Assembly (NCBI GenBank): GCA_964350505.1
Contig: CAYGKL010000001.1
Location: forward strand, 13,675 to 77,674
DNA from: an uncultured Roseivirgaceae bacterium
GTDB taxonomy: Bacteria > Bacteroidota > Bacteroidia > Cytophagales > Cyclobacteriaceae
Direction: 5' to 3'
Length of the DNA: 64,000 nt
Below the pieces are notes generated by a model, which saw only the letters and a list, made by a program, of their open reading frames with translations, ran no database searches and was not told where the DNA came from. Position 1 is the first letter of the stretch, and every line of letters starts with the position of its first letter. Position numbers and translations under genes: made by a program. Shown here one piece after another: positions 8,860 through 19,173 of this stretch.

Positions 8860-9983
8860 AAAAGACCATAGTATGCCATAGCTTCCCTGCATGGGACACC
8901 CCTTATATTAAATCAACCATTGAGCTTCTTAAACAGCTGAGTAAAGACCACAGGGTGATCATGATTGACTATCACTACACCATTAAAGACTTGTTTTTCA
9001 ATAAGATAAGTCCTGTAAAACAAATTTCAGGTGTTGGGTCACGCGTCAGAATGATACAAACAGAATATGGTCAAATCGAGGTGATATCCACTCCTCCTGT
9101 AATTCCCATTAACTGGATTAAGAACAAAAAACTATTCCATTTCATGGCTAAAGTTAATAGTCGTTTGATCGGTAGAACCATTAAAAAACAGCTAACCAAG
9201 CTCGGTGTTCAAGACTATACATTGATCAATGCTTTTAACCCCATTTATGGCTTTTTCATGAACGACATTTTCAAGCCTCTAAAGACCATCTATTACTGCT
9301 ATGACGAAATAGCAGCTACTGAATGGTCGGGTAAGCATGGAGCCACTTATGAGCAGGCTTACATTCCAATGGTAGATGAGGTAATCTGCACGAGCAGCAC
9401 ATTAAAAGCTCACAAACAAGAATTTGCCAAAGAAGTGAAATTCATACCAAATGGAGTTAATCTGGACATCTTCTTGGCTACAGATAAAGAGATTACCAAT
9501 GGCAAAACGATAGGCTATATTGGAGCAATTGACAACAGAATTGACTTTGAATTAATAGACTACTGCGCTAAAACCTTGAGCGATCATCACTTTCAGTTTT
9601 TCGGCCCTATAAAGACAGAAATACCTATCCTGCCTGCCAATGTAACATTTCTGGGCTCGGTAGATCAAAGCAAGCTGCCTGAGAAAATTGAGCAGTTCGA
9701 TGTTTGTCTTATCCCATTTGTGAAGACTCAATTGACTGAAGCCATTTACCCGCTGAAGATCAACGAATACCTCGCCATGGGTAAGCCAGTAGTTACCACC
9801 CACTTTTCAGATCTTTCAGACTTTAAAAAAGTGGCTGAAATTGCAGAGAGTAAAGAAGATTTCTTGAAGGCTATTAAACGTTCTATCCGGTACAACTCCA
9901 GATTAAAAGTTCAAGACCGAATTGAGTTTGCAAAAGGAAACTCTTGGGAGAATCGTGCTCAAGAGTTTGCCGAAGCGATTTAG
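8856..9983 (+). CDS. GT-B glycosyltransferase (TuaH-like)
   Basis: IYYCYDE, IPNGV, GYIGAI and PLKINEYLAMGKPVV motifs. Confidence 0.85.
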   Translation: MKKTIVCHSFPAWDTPYIKSTIELLKQLSKDHRVIMIDYHYTIKDLFFNKISPVKQISGVGSRVRMIQTEYGQIEVISTPPVIPINWIKNKKLFHFMAKVNSRLIGRTIKKQLTKLGVQDYTLINAFNPIYGFFMNDIFKPLKTIYYCYDEIAATEWSGKHGATYEQAYIPMVDEVICTSSTLKAHKQEFAKEVKFIPNGVNLDIFLATDKEITNGKTIGYIGAIDNRIDFELIDYCAKTLSDHHFQFFGPIKTEIPILPANVTFLGSVDQSKLPEKIEQFDVCLIPFVKTQLTEAIYPLKINEYLAMGKPVVTTHFSDLSDFKKVAEIAESKEDFLKAIKRSIRYNSRLKVQDRIEFAKGNSWENRAQEFAEAI

Positions 9984-10002
9984 GATATAACTTATCCCAC
10001 AA

Positions 10003-10072
10003 GCAACTCATCGAAGCTCACAGTTCATTCACCGTTTTTAAAAGAATCACTTAGGCAAACAGTGCATCTTTG
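10003..10072 (+). promoter_or_regulatory. Repeat-type promoter P4 (internal, Wzy-like gene)
   Basis: Cores TCATCG 10008 and TCACCG 10029; CATCTTTG at 10065 (+36). ATG at 10078 would imply an almost leaderless mRNA. Confidence 0.6.
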
Positions 10073-10077
10073 TATCA

Positions 10078-11559
10078 ATGAAAACCAAGAGCGTAATTAA
10101 TTCTGAACCAACAGGAGCCGCCATTTTGGCCAGTCCACAAGGCTGGTTGATTATGATTGCTCTTTTAGGGTTTAGCTTTTTGGTAATTAGCTTTATTGGT
10201 TTGGCAGGTGGAATGCTGCTCATTGGTTTGCCTATCGGCATGGTGGTGTTGGCCATGATTTGGAACAAACCAAAGCTTGGTGTTTGGGGAAGTCTTATCA
10301 TGGGCTTCTTTTCAGCTGGAATTACGCGTTATGTACCAGGGCCTTGGGGCTTAACGGTAGACATTCTTTTAGCCTTATCTTGGCTAAGTGTTATCCTTAA
10401 CAAATCAATTCAAATCAAGTGGAAAGAAGCTAAAAACCCGATCGTAGCACTGACAACTTTCTGGATGCTTTATCTTGTTTTAGAGATTGTTAACCCTAGC
10501 GGTAATGGTCTTGTGGCTTGGTTTTATGCCATGCGAGGTATTGGCTTCTATCAAGCACTCACAGTTCCACTAATCTTTCTTCTTTTCAGAAAACAAAAAG
10601 ACACAGAGCAATTCTTTAATGCGCTCATCTACTTCTCTTTAATTGGTACTATCTGGGGCTTTAAACAGCAAATATTTGGAACAGATGGTGCTGAAGATCA
10701 TTGGCTTTATGCTGAGGAACATCACGAAGAACATATTCTTCATGGCGTTCTAAGGGTGTTTTCATTCTATTCAGATGCTGGGAGTTTTGGTGCATCTCAA
10801 GCCATGATGTCATTAATGTCGGGCATACTTTTTATGGGGCCTTACAAAGGCATTAAGAAATTCAAGTATCTCATTTTCGCCATTATCTTTCTTATGGGCT
10901 TTGGCATTTCTGGAACTAGAGGAGCTTTGGCAGTGCCTTTGGCCGGAGGGATTGCCTATCTTATTCTCATCAAGAACTTCAGAATACTAATTAGCGGTTT
11001 CAGTGGCATGGTCTTAGTTTTTGTGATCCTTAAGTATACCTTCCTCTTTCAGGGAGTTGAACAGGTAAGGCGCATGAGAACAGCCTTGGACCCAAATAAC
11101 AAGTCGTTGAGCGTGCGTTATGATAATCAGAAAATATTTGCTCGCTATTTATCTAACAAACCTTTTGGAGCAGGTATAGGCACAGCTGGTTTCTGGGGGG
11201 CTAGGTTCAACCCTGATTCACTTTTAGCCAATACAGCTACAGATAGTTGGTTCGTAAAAATCTGGGTGGAAACAGGCCCTGTGGGGCTTACTATTCATAT
11301 AGCATTTCTAGGTTTTATTCTTGGCTATGGAGGACAGAAAATCATGAGGATGCGTGACCCTAAAAACCGAACACAGGCCTCTGCACTTTATGCCATGTTT
11401 GCCGGAGCCATTCTTGCCAGTTATGGCAACCAGGTACTCATTCAAATGCCAACGGGTATCATTCTCAATTTTGCAATCCCTTATATTTTTCTAATTGCCG
11501 ATAGAGATAAGAAGCAATGGCTGAAGTCTATCAAGAAGCCCAAGGAGTTGAGCGTTTAG
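10078..11559 (+). CDS. O-antigen ligase/Wzy-family polymerase
   Basis: About 12 TM segments; ISGTRGA, RVFSFYSDA, KPFGAGIG and DSWFVKIWVETGPVG (Wzy_C-like) motifs. Confidence 0.8.
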   Translation: MKTKSVINSEPTGAAILASPQGWLIMIALLGFSFLVISFIGLAGGMLLIGLPIGMVVLAMIWNKPKLGVWGSLIMGFFSAGITRYVPGPWGLTVDILLALSWLSVILNKSIQIKWKEAKNPIVALTTFWMLYLVLEIVNPSGNGLVAWFYAMRGIGFYQALTVPLIFLLFRKQKDTEQFFNALIYFSLIGTIWGFKQQIFGTDGAEDHWLYAEEHHEEHILHGVLRVFSFYSDAGSFGASQAMMSLMSGILFMGPYKGIKKFKYLIFAIIFLMGFGISGTRGALAVPLAGGIAYLILIKNFRILISGFSGMVLVFVILKYTFLFQGVEQVRRMRTALDPNNKSLSVRYDNQKIFARYLSNKPFGAGIGTAGFWGARFNPDSLLANTATDSWFVKIWVETGPVGLTIHIAFLGFILGYGGQKIMRMRDPKNRTQASALYAMFAGAILASYGNQVLIQMPTGIILNFAIPYIFLIADRDKKQWLKSIKKPKELSV

Positions 11560-11591
11560 GTTAAAGAATACAAACCCAAAATCTCTCATTC

Positions 11592-11682
11592 CCAACTCAT
11601 CTCCCAACGCAATTCACTCATCGTTACTTTCCTCCCATTCATCTTAATCCTCTAAAGGAAGGCTCTAAGAGAGGTAGATTTG
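11592..11682 (+). promoter_or_regulatory. Repeat-type promoter P5 (internal, GT2 operon)
   Basis: Cores TCATCT 11597, TCATCG 11618, TCATCT 11639; consensus -7 box TAGATTTG at 11675 (+36); ATG at 11699. Confidence 0.72.
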
Positions 11683-11698
11683 AATCAAAATTAAGCTG

Positions 11699-12877
11699 AT
11701 GAAAACTCTATTCGAATCCTTACTTCTTTTGCCAATTGCCTACTTGACCTTTTCAAGTATGTATCAATTGATACTAGCGCTGGCTTCACATTCAAAAACT
11801 AGAAGTCCTCAAAACAGCAACTTTGGTTTCGCTCGCTTTTTGATTTTGGTTCCAGCCTATAAAGAAGATGCCATCATCAAATATAGCGCTGCAAAGAACT
11901 TGCTAGTCAAATACGAATACCCGAGAGAGCATTTCGATTTTGTAGTCATTGCCGATCAGCTTCAAGAAAGTACTAAACTAGCCTTGAAAAATGGAGGCGC
12001 TAAAGTGCATAATGTAAACTTTGATAAAAGCACCAAAGTAAAATCGCTTCAAAGTGCCATAGCTAAATACAATAAAGGCTATGATGCTGTCATCGTATTA
12101 GATGCTGATAATGTAATGGAGAAGGGCTTTCTTTTCAAAGCTAATCAACTATTACAGTCAGGCTATAGATCCATTCAAGGATTGAGAAAAGCGGCCAATG
12201 CCAATACTTCAACAGCCCTAATGGATGGCCTTTCAGAAACAGCCAATACGGAAATGCTTTGTAAGGGAGCGAATCGCTTAGGCTTTTCCTCCAAGTTATC
12301 AGGTTCAGCCATGGTTTTCGATTTCGAGCTTTTTAAGAGCACTATTAATCAATGCCAAGCCATTGGTGGCTTCGATAAAGAAATGGAGCTCATGCTCACC
12401 AAAAACAGAGAATATATTCACTACTCAGCTGAGCTTGCTGTGCTAGATCAAAAAGTTACTTCAACTAAAGCTTTCACAAAACAAAGAGGCAGATGGATTG
12501 AAGCACAATACACCTTCTTTAAAAAGTCATTTAGAGAAAGTATCAAAGAATTAGCAAAAGGTAATTTCGACTTCTTTCATAAGGTGATGCAATTAGCGCT
12601 TCCGCCACGTGCAGTAGCACCCTTTGCAATCATGTTACTGACCATTATTGGTTTACTTCTATCCTCTTCGCTCATCATCATTAGCGGGTCGATAGCCTTA
12701 GTTGCTCTGATAATGGCATACTTAATCGTATTACCACTTAAGCCTCTCTTTCGTCAATCGATAAAGATTGGGCTGAGTATACCGCAGATTGGTTTTGCCG
12801 CAATAAAGTCTCTTCTGCTGATGCGTAAATCGCGCAACGAGTTTATTCATACAAAACACGAACTAATAGAAGGATAA
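11699..12877 (+). CDS. GT2 glycosyltransferase (membrane-associated)
   Basis: LVPAYKED, VIAD, VLDADN, GSAM and QRGRW motifs; flanking TM helices. Confidence 0.88.
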   Translation: MKTLFESLLLLPIAYLTFSSMYQLILALASHSKTRSPQNSNFGFARFLILVPAYKEDAIIKYSAAKNLLVKYEYPREHFDFVVIADQLQESTKLALKNGGAKVHNVNFDKSTKVKSLQSAIAKYNKGYDAVIVLDADNVMEKGFLFKANQLLQSGYRSIQGLRKAANANTSTALMDGLSETANTEMLCKGANRLGFSSKLSGSAMVFDFELFKSTINQCQAIGGFDKEMELMLTKNREYIHYSAELAVLDQKVTSTKAFTKQRGRWIEAQYTFFKKSFRESIKELAKGNFDFFHKVMQLALPPRAVAPFAIMLLTIIGLLLSSSLIIISGSIALVALIMAYLIVLPLKPLFRQSIKIGLSIPQIGFAAIKSLLLMRKSRNEFIHTKHELIEG

Positions 12878-13038
12878 TGTTTGAAGGAATGCCTTGGCCA
12901 GTCGTTATACCCATTGCCATTTTAGTAATGGTCTATAGCGTCACACTTTCTAATAGAGAAGAAAAAGTGGCCATAGTGAAGCGAATAAAGCAATTAAAAA
13001 AGCAAAAAAGTAAACTGAAATCTAATGGACTCAAATAG
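12877..13038 (+). CDS. Small single-pass membrane protein (53 aa), absent from the ORF track
   Basis: TAATG overlap with the GT2 stop; MFEGMPWPVVIPIAILVMVYSVTLSNREEKVAIVKRIKQLKKQKSKLKSNGLK; fills the gap up to the GT4 gene. Confidence 0.6.
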   Translation: MFEGMPWPVVIPIAILVMVYSVTLSNREEKVAIVKRIKQLKKQKSKLKSNGLK

Positions 13039-14182
13039 AACGCTTAAGATATTACTAATCTCTAAAACTTTGCCCTGGCAGTTTAAGGGAGGTATTCAAA
13101 CCCATACTTGGGAGTTGGCCAAGAGTCTTGTAGAGATAGGCCATTCAGTAACAATTCTAAATGGAGGACCTTTTAGATCAAAGACAACCACATTTCTGAA
13201 AGATGGTATTGAAGTGGTCCAAATCCCCTTCTTTCCAGGTAGGTATTTGAAACCTGTTTCACTTTTAGCAGAAGAGTTTTCTTTTAACTGGTCAGTCCTT
13301 ACATGGACGATTAAAAATCATCAACCATTTGATATAATTCATTCTCAAGGGCGCAGTGGTTATTTATTGAGCTTTTTCAAACCGATTAAAAACCGCTTGG
13401 TGAACACTGTGCATGGTTTAATAGATATTGAAAGTCAGCATTGCAAATGGTATAGCCTGAACGCTAATCTGCATAACGCATTTACCAAAAAAGTTGAAAA
13501 CAGATTATATAACAAGGCGGCAAGACTTGTTGCCGTGAGTACTGCTTTAAAGGGAGAACTATCAGAAAAGAGGTTTGTACAACAACCGATTCAAGTGATA
13601 TCTAATGGAGTCAATACGTTCCCTAAAACTCTATCACTTAAGAATAAGGCAGCAAGGTTTCTCTTTATAGGTCGCTTGCATCCAATTAAAGGAATTGCCA
13701 AGATGATTGAACAAATGGACTTGGCGAATGAAAACATTAGCTTAGATATAGTAGGCAATGGAAGTGAAAGAGACGCCATAGTAAGAATTATTGAAGCAAA
13801 AGGCCTACAGAAAAAAGTGAAGCTCTTGGGCGAACTTACTAGCGAAGAGATACACAACATACTCCCACACTACACTGCCCTTGTATTGCCAAGCCTGTAT
13901 GAAACTCAAGGCATTGTATTGCTAGAAGCCAACTCAGAAGGCGTTCCTGTAATAGCATCAGATTTACCTGCCATTCGTGAAACGATTACTCACGGAGAAA
14001 ACGGATTGCTTTGCCCGACAAATAACCCTGTAGCCTTTATTGAGGCAATGAATTACATGGCTAACCATAGACAAGAAGCAGAAATGATGGGATCTATAGG
14101 CCGAATAAAAGTAGAAGCAGAATATAGCTGGAACAAAATAGCTGTGAAAACAGAGTCACTTTATTACTCTATCGCATCATGA
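13025..14182 (+). CDS. GT4 glycosyltransferase
   Basis: GGIQTH, ISNG, FIGRLHPIKG and LPSLYETQGIVLLEA...G.PVIAS motifs. Confidence 0.9.
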   Translation: MDSNRTLKILLISKTLPWQFKGGIQTHTWELAKSLVEIGHSVTILNGGPFRSKTTTFLKDGIEVVQIPFFPGRYLKPVSLLAEEFSFNWSVLTWTIKNHQPFDIIHSQGRSGYLLSFFKPIKNRLVNTVHGLIDIESQHCKWYSLNANLHNAFTKKVENRLYNKAARLVAVSTALKGELSEKRFVQQPIQVISNGVNTFPKTLSLKNKAARFLFIGRLHPIKGIAKMIEQMDLANENISLDIVGNGSERDAIVRIIEAKGLQKKVKLLGELTSEEIHNILPHYTALVLPSLYETQGIVLLEANSEGVPVIASDLPAIRETITHGENGLLCPTNNPVAFIEAMNYMANHRQEAEMMGSIGRIKVEAEYSWNKIAVKTESLYYSIAS

Positions 14183-15471
14183 AAAGAATGCCAAATATCC
14201 GCATAGGAAATACGGTTTACTCCTTCACAGGACAAATTAGTTTTCTACTAACTAACTTTCTCCTTTTCATATATTTAGCCAAAAACTACGACCAGACCAC
14301 CTTTGGCCATTGGGCCATTTTTATCACTACCATTTCCATCTTAGATGGTATGCGACAAGGCTTTACACAAAATGGTCTAGCCAGACTGATTATAAAGCAT
14401 CCAGGAGACAGAGAAATTAGAAGTACTAGCCTACTGCTGAACTATGCCATTGTAATCATTACAAGTATCATTCTTAAGGTCTTAGCTGTACTATCTGATG
14501 AGTCTATCGGTATCCTATACAGCAACGGCTACAAAATATTGATTGTGCTGGCTACCATTCAGTACCTCAATACAGTTTATCAGGCCAATTACCAATTCAG
14601 ACAATATTTCATCATCAACCTGATCTATTTGATCTCATTTGTAAGTGCCATGGCATTTCAAATTTTGGTAATCGGAAAACCTGAGTTAACAACGATCATT
14701 AATCTTATGCTCATCAGTATAGTACCCAACATTGCTTTAGCTATTTATAGAAAGCAGTTCTATATTTTAAAACCAAGAAAGGAGACTGCACTGGCACTGA
14801 TACACTTCGGAAAATACTCTTCTGGAACCAACTTGATGTCCCTTCTTTTTCAACGGGTTGACCTGATCATGATCAATTATTTCTTAGACCCTACGTCTGT
14901 TGCCATTTTCCATTTTGCCACTAAGATTATCAACTATGCAGAGCTTCCGCTTCAAGCATTGTCCCAAGTCATTTATCCTAAAATAGCGACCAGTCACCTG
15001 AGCAATAATGGCACTGAACTTAATAAAACTTATGGTGCCTCCATATTATGGATATTAGCATTCATAATCCCAATGAGCTTAACAGTGATCATATTTAATA
15101 AAACAATTATAACCCTAATAGGATCAGTAAGTTACTTGCCTGCATCTTCAATAATATTGGTGCTGTGTATTGCCACTTTTTTTAAGCCATGGGGACGAGT
15201 TTTCGGACTTACTTTAGACGCAGTAGGAAAACCTAAAGTGAACTTCTATATGCTAGCTTTTAGCCTTATTGTTAATGTAATAATGAATTGGGTTTTAATA
15301 CCGGTTTATGGGATCAATGGCGCGGCAATAGCTACATCATTGAGCATAATTATCACCATCATTATCGGTCAGTTTAATATCAGAAGGACACTCAAGTTTA
15401 ACCCTGTACATGAAGTATTGGAAGCATTCAAAACAATGTATCATTTAAAAATTAGCAAAAAATGGAATTAA
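14179..15471 (+). CDS. Wzx-type oligosaccharide flippase
   Basis: About 12 TM segments; DLIMINYFL and YGINGAAIAT MOP-family motifs. Confidence 0.85.
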   Translation: MKRMPNIRIGNTVYSFTGQISFLLTNFLLFIYLAKNYDQTTFGHWAIFITTISILDGMRQGFTQNGLARLIIKHPGDREIRSTSLLLNYAIVIITSIILKVLAVLSDESIGILYSNGYKILIVLATIQYLNTVYQANYQFRQYFIINLIYLISFVSAMAFQILVIGKPELTTIINLMLISIVPNIALAIYRKQFYILKPRKETALALIHFGKYSSGTNLMSLLFQRVDLIMINYFLDPTSVAIFHFATKIINYAELPLQALSQVIYPKIATSHLSNNGTELNKTYGASILWILAFIIPMSLTVIIFNKTIITLIGSVSYLPASSIILVLCIATFFKPWGRVFGLTLDAVGKPKVNFYMLAFSLIVNVIMNWVLIPVYGINGAAIATSLSIIITIIIGQFNIRRTLKFNPVHEVLEAFKTMYHLKISKKWN

Positions 15472-16277
15472 CATTCGGTTCAGCCCAGATATATACCAGT
15501 GAGAGAATGAAAAACTCTCCTGTTTTAGCCAAAATGTTTCATAAAGTATTTGGTTATACTAACGTTGGCAATTATGCTCGTTTCACGGTATTTAAAGAAT
15601 TAGTCAAAAGCATTTCACTGAAAGAGGATGCCAAAATCTTAGACTTAGGCACCGGATATGGTGAGTACAGCTTTAGTCTTGCAGAGGCTTTGCCACATAG
15701 CGAAGTTCATAGCCTAGATATTGACAGAGACCGTGTTAAATCTGTAGATACGGCTATCGAAAAAAGTGGAATTCAGAATATTCATACCCACTGCACATTT
15801 ACAGAACAACTTGAGGAAAAGGATTTCGATTTTGTATTCTCAGTCGATGTATTCGAACACATTGCCCCTGAAGACATGCCTTTTAAAGCTGTTTATAAAA
15901 GGCTAAGACCAGGTGGTAAATTCATGGTTAAGATGCCTTATGTTACACAAAGGACAATTCTTCCAGAAAATTGGTTTGAAGACCATCATGAATGGTTGGA
16001 AGAAGAACACATAGGTCAGGTCTACGACCTTCATAACCTTAAGAGGCGTTTTGTTGAAGAAGGCTTTAGGGTAATTCATTCTTCGTATTCAGATGGTTGG
16101 TTATCTAGATTAGGTTGGGAAGTAGCCTATTTAGGCAAGAAAGTAGGAATAATAGGTCAGCTTTTAACCTTACCCTTTGCTAAGCTGTGTATCAAATTAG
16201 ATCGTGCAATGCATCTCAATCAATGGGGAAATGCCATTCAAGTAATCGGTGTAAAAGAAGAATCATGTCGCCCTTAG
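15462..16277 (+). CDS. Class I SAM-dependent methyltransferase
   Basis: ILDLGTGYG motif I; FDFVFSVDVFEHI; LRPGG. Confidence 0.85.
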   Translation: MELTFGSAQIYTSERMKNSPVLAKMFHKVFGYTNVGNYARFTVFKELVKSISLKEDAKILDLGTGYGEYSFSLAEALPHSEVHSLDIDRDRVKSVDTAIEKSGIQNIHTHCTFTEQLEEKDFDFVFSVDVFEHIAPEDMPFKAVYKRLRPGGKFMVKMPYVTQRTILPENWFEDHHEWLEEEHIGQVYDLHNLKRRFVEEGFRVIHSSYSDGWLSRLGWEVAYLGKKVGIIGQLLTLPFAKLCIKLDRAMHLNQWGNAIQVIGVKEESCRP

Positions 16278-17143
16278 TCTCAATCATAACAGTTAACTAC
16301 AAACAGGCTCAAGTCACTTGTGAACTCCTTGAGTCAATAGTAAAACTCAATTACTCCAACTTAGAAGTAATTGTAGTAGACAATGCTCAGGAAGGTGATG
16401 ATTCACAACTATACCAAGCCGTTCTTCCATCTGTAAAAGTGTTGAATGCCAAAGAAAATTTAGGCTTTGCAGGTGGCAACAATTTGGGTATTCAACAAGC
16501 AACTGGAGACTTTCTGTTTCTTTTGAACAATGATACAGAACTAGACAATGGCGTGATTGAGTCTTTGCTAAGTAGGTTTACCGAACCAACTATTGCAGCA
16601 GCCTCTCCTATACTCAGGTATTTTGATGAACCGAATAATATTCAATTCGCAGGATTCACCAAAATAAGCTCATTGACAGGCAGAAACGAATTATTAAAAC
16701 AACCTCAGCAATTTACACCTTATGAAACTCCCTACTTTCATGGGGCTGCGGTGATGCTTCGCAAAAGCATTATCGCTGAATGTGGCTTGATGCCAGAGGA
16801 GTTTTTCCTCTACTATGAAGAGTTGGAGTGGTCTAGAAAAATTACAAAATGTGGCTATCAACTTTTAATAGATCCACAAGTTCATGTACTCCATAAAGAG
16901 TCTGTTTCAACTGGAAAAAACAGTCCATTGAAGCTCTATTATCAAACCAGAAATAGAGTTCATTTTATGCGGGCTAAAGACTCTTCGAATTCGTTGCTCT
17001 TTATGCTTTTCTTCCTGTTTATATCAATACCAAAGGGTTTACTCAAATACGGATTACATAGAGAATGGAAGCATTTGAGCGCCTTTTTACAGGCTATTAA
17101 TGATGCGGTGTTCTTCAAGAGATTTGGTTTCAGACCAATTTAA
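16265..17143 (+). CDS. GT2 glycosyltransferase (WbbL/rhamnosyltransferase-like)
   Basis: SIITVNY, VVDN, NLGFAGGNN, LLNND and FFLYYEE motifs. ATG at 16265 is preferred over the track start 16187. Confidence 0.88.
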   Translation: MSPLVSIITVNYKQAQVTCELLESIVKLNYSNLEVIVVDNAQEGDDSQLYQAVLPSVKVLNAKENLGFAGGNNLGIQQATGDFLFLLNNDTELDNGVIESLLSRFTEPTIAAASPILRYFDEPNNIQFAGFTKISSLTGRNELLKQPQQFTPYETPYFHGAAVMLRKSIIAECGLMPEEFFLYYEELEWSRKITKCGYQLLIDPQVHVLHKESVSTGKNSPLKLYYQTRNRVHFMRAKDSSNSLLFMLFFLFISIPKGLLKYGLHREWKHLSAFLQAINDAVFFKRFGFRPI

Positions 17144-17177
17144 TTCATTCAACGAGCAAGAAGGTATGTTCATCGAA
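17144..17177 (+). promoter_or_regulatory. Partial repeat site P6 upstream of the last GT2
   Basis: Cores TCAACG 17149 and TCATCG 17170 (21 bp apart), but no -7 box at +36. Confidence 0.35.
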
Positions 17178-17227
17178 ATTAGAACCCTTATTCAATACAA
17201 ATCGAGTTACTTCAAATAAAAATTAAC

Positions 17228-18406
17228 GTGATGGAAATTTTGTTCTGGACCTCCCTATTTATCATTTTCTATGTATTCGTTGGCTATGGTATTATCATAA
17301 GCCTTCTGGCTAAATTCAAGGATAAGAAGGCTCTTTTAGAGCTGTCTAATGAAGATTTACCTATGATCAGTTTCGTAATTGCAGCCTATAACGAGGAAGA
17401 GATTATCGAAGAAAAGATTCAAAACACTTTAAACCTCAATTACCCAAAAGAGAAACTCCAATTGAAAATAGTAACTGACGGATCTACTGACAGTACTAAT
17501 GCTATAGTGAGTAAATACCCCGAGGTGGAGCTCTGTTTTGAACCTCAAAGAGCGGGAAAAATAGCTGCTGTGAACCGTATAATGCCTGAGATTGAAACTC
17601 CATTTACTGTCTTTTCAGATGCTAATGTTATGATCAATAAAGATGGTATCAGAAATATGATCAGCCATTTCCAGAACAACAGGGTTGGCGCTGTTTCTGG
17701 AGAGAAAACGGTAATGAGTAATGATGCAGATGGCGCAAGTAGCGCAGGTGAGGGATTTTATTGGAAATATGAATCCTATCTGAAGAAGAAGGATGCCGAA
17801 TGGAACACCTTGGTTGGGTCGGCTGGAGAACTTTTTGCCATCAGAACACATCTTTATGAGGCTATTGAAACCAATACACTTATAGAAGATTTTGTATTGA
17901 CTATGAAACTTTCGGCAAAAGGTCATCAAGTGGCCTATGAGCCAAATGCCTTAGCTATGGAAACTGGTTCAGCAAGTATTGAAGAAGAAACAAAACGCAA
18001 GGTGAGAATCTCTGCTGGTGGAATTCAAGCTGTAATTAAGCTTTGGCCACTCTTAAATTTCATGAAATATGGTAAACTCACTTTTCAATATATTTCACAT
18101 CGAGTTCTGAGGTGGACATTAATGCCTTTGGCATTGATTGCAGTGTTTGTGAGCCCTTTCTTTCTTATGGACAATGCTTGGTTCTATAAGATAATCCTAA
18201 GCCTAGAATTAGTCTTCGGATCCTTAGCAATCGCTGGTTATCTAATCAGAAATAAGGAAACCAAGAATAAAGTGCTATATATTCCGTACTACTTTCTTTA
18301 CATGCATTACTGTGTAATACTTGGCTGGATAAAATACTTCAGGGGTAAGCAGCAAGTAACCTGGGAAAAAGCGAAAAGAGCAACTATGCCTCTACAGCAA
18401 GTTTAA
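17228..18406 (+). CDS. GT2 glycosyltransferase (IcaA/PgaC-like processive family)
   Basis: IAAYNEE, VTDGSTD, GKIAA, FSDAN, IED and RKVRI motifs; N- and C-terminal TMs. Confidence 0.88.
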   Translation: MMEILFWTSLFIIFYVFVGYGIIISLLAKFKDKKALLELSNEDLPMISFVIAAYNEEEIIEEKIQNTLNLNYPKEKLQLKIVTDGSTDSTNAIVSKYPEVELCFEPQRAGKIAAVNRIMPEIETPFTVFSDANVMINKDGIRNMISHFQNNRVGAVSGEKTVMSNDADGASSAGEGFYWKYESYLKKKDAEWNTLVGSAGELFAIRTHLYEAIETNTLIEDFVLTMKLSAKGHQVAYEPNALAMETGSASIEEETKRKVRISAGGIQAVIKLWPLLNFMKYGKLTFQYISHRVLRWTLMPLALIAVFVSPFFLMDNAWFYKIILSLELVFGSLAIAGYLIRNKETKNKVLYIPYYFLYMHYCVILGWIKYFRGKQQVTWEKAKRATMPLQQV

Positions 18407-19120
18407 TTTCTTTATCAAAGCTTCCTTATTGGCTCTGGAAATTGGAATTACCTTATGGTCGATCAATAAATTGGATTCTTCAATATCTATGATTTTAGAA
18501 ATATTGATGACATAAGAGCGATGCACCTTCACAAAGTTATGATCGCCCAACCGCTCCTCTACCCTTTTCATGGTAGTATGAACAATATAACCTTTCTCTA
18601 GGGTCTTGAAAAGTGCATAATCTCCTTTGGCTTCGATGTATAGGATGTCATCGATTTTAACTTTGATCAACTTCGAGTCCACCTTCAAGAAAATACTGTC
18701 TTGAATAACTCTAGACATTCCCTGACTTTCTTTGGCATCCTTAAAACGCTCAAAAGCACTCATCGCAACCTCTATAGCCGCATTAATGTCTTTTACACCA
18801 TAAGGCTTAACTAGATAACCAAATGGACCTTTTGATTTGGCCCTTGCAATGGTGTCGTTATCGGCAAATGCTGTTGTGAAAATAAAAGGTATTTGAAAGT
18901 TTTGATTGATAAGGTCGGCCAAGTCTACCCCATCTATATCTCCGCCAATTTGTATATCAAGTAAGGCCAAGTCGGGTAAAGTCTCATTGCAGATTGCAAT
19001 AGCTTTTTCGGCATCATCAGCTACACCAATAATTTCATGTTTTAGAATGCCTAGAATGTCTTGTACACTCTCTGCAATCATTGGATCATCTTCAACGATG
19101 AGTATTTTCAGTCGGCTCAT
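18392..19120 (-). CDS. LytTR-family response regulator
   Basis: Intact receiver (VEDD, PDLALLD, FTTA, KPY) plus LytTR domain (ILYIEAKGDY, FVKVHRSYVIN, IPISR). Confidence 0.93.
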   Translation of the reverse strand: MSRLKILIVEDDPMIAESVQDILGILKHEIIGVADDAEKAIAICNETLPDLALLDIQIGGDIDGVDLADLINQNFQIPFIFTTAFADNDTIARAKSKGPFGYLVKPYGVKDINAAIEVAMSAFERFKDAKESQGMSRVIQDSIFLKVDSKLIKVKIDDILYIEAKGDYALFKTLEKGYIVHTTMKRVEERLGDHNFVKVHRSYVINISKIIDIEESNLLIDHKVIPISRANKEALIKKLNLL

Positions 19121-19173
19121 TAACTCTTGTTTGTCCGAATCTACTAAATCATTCGATTATTTTACAAATAAGC

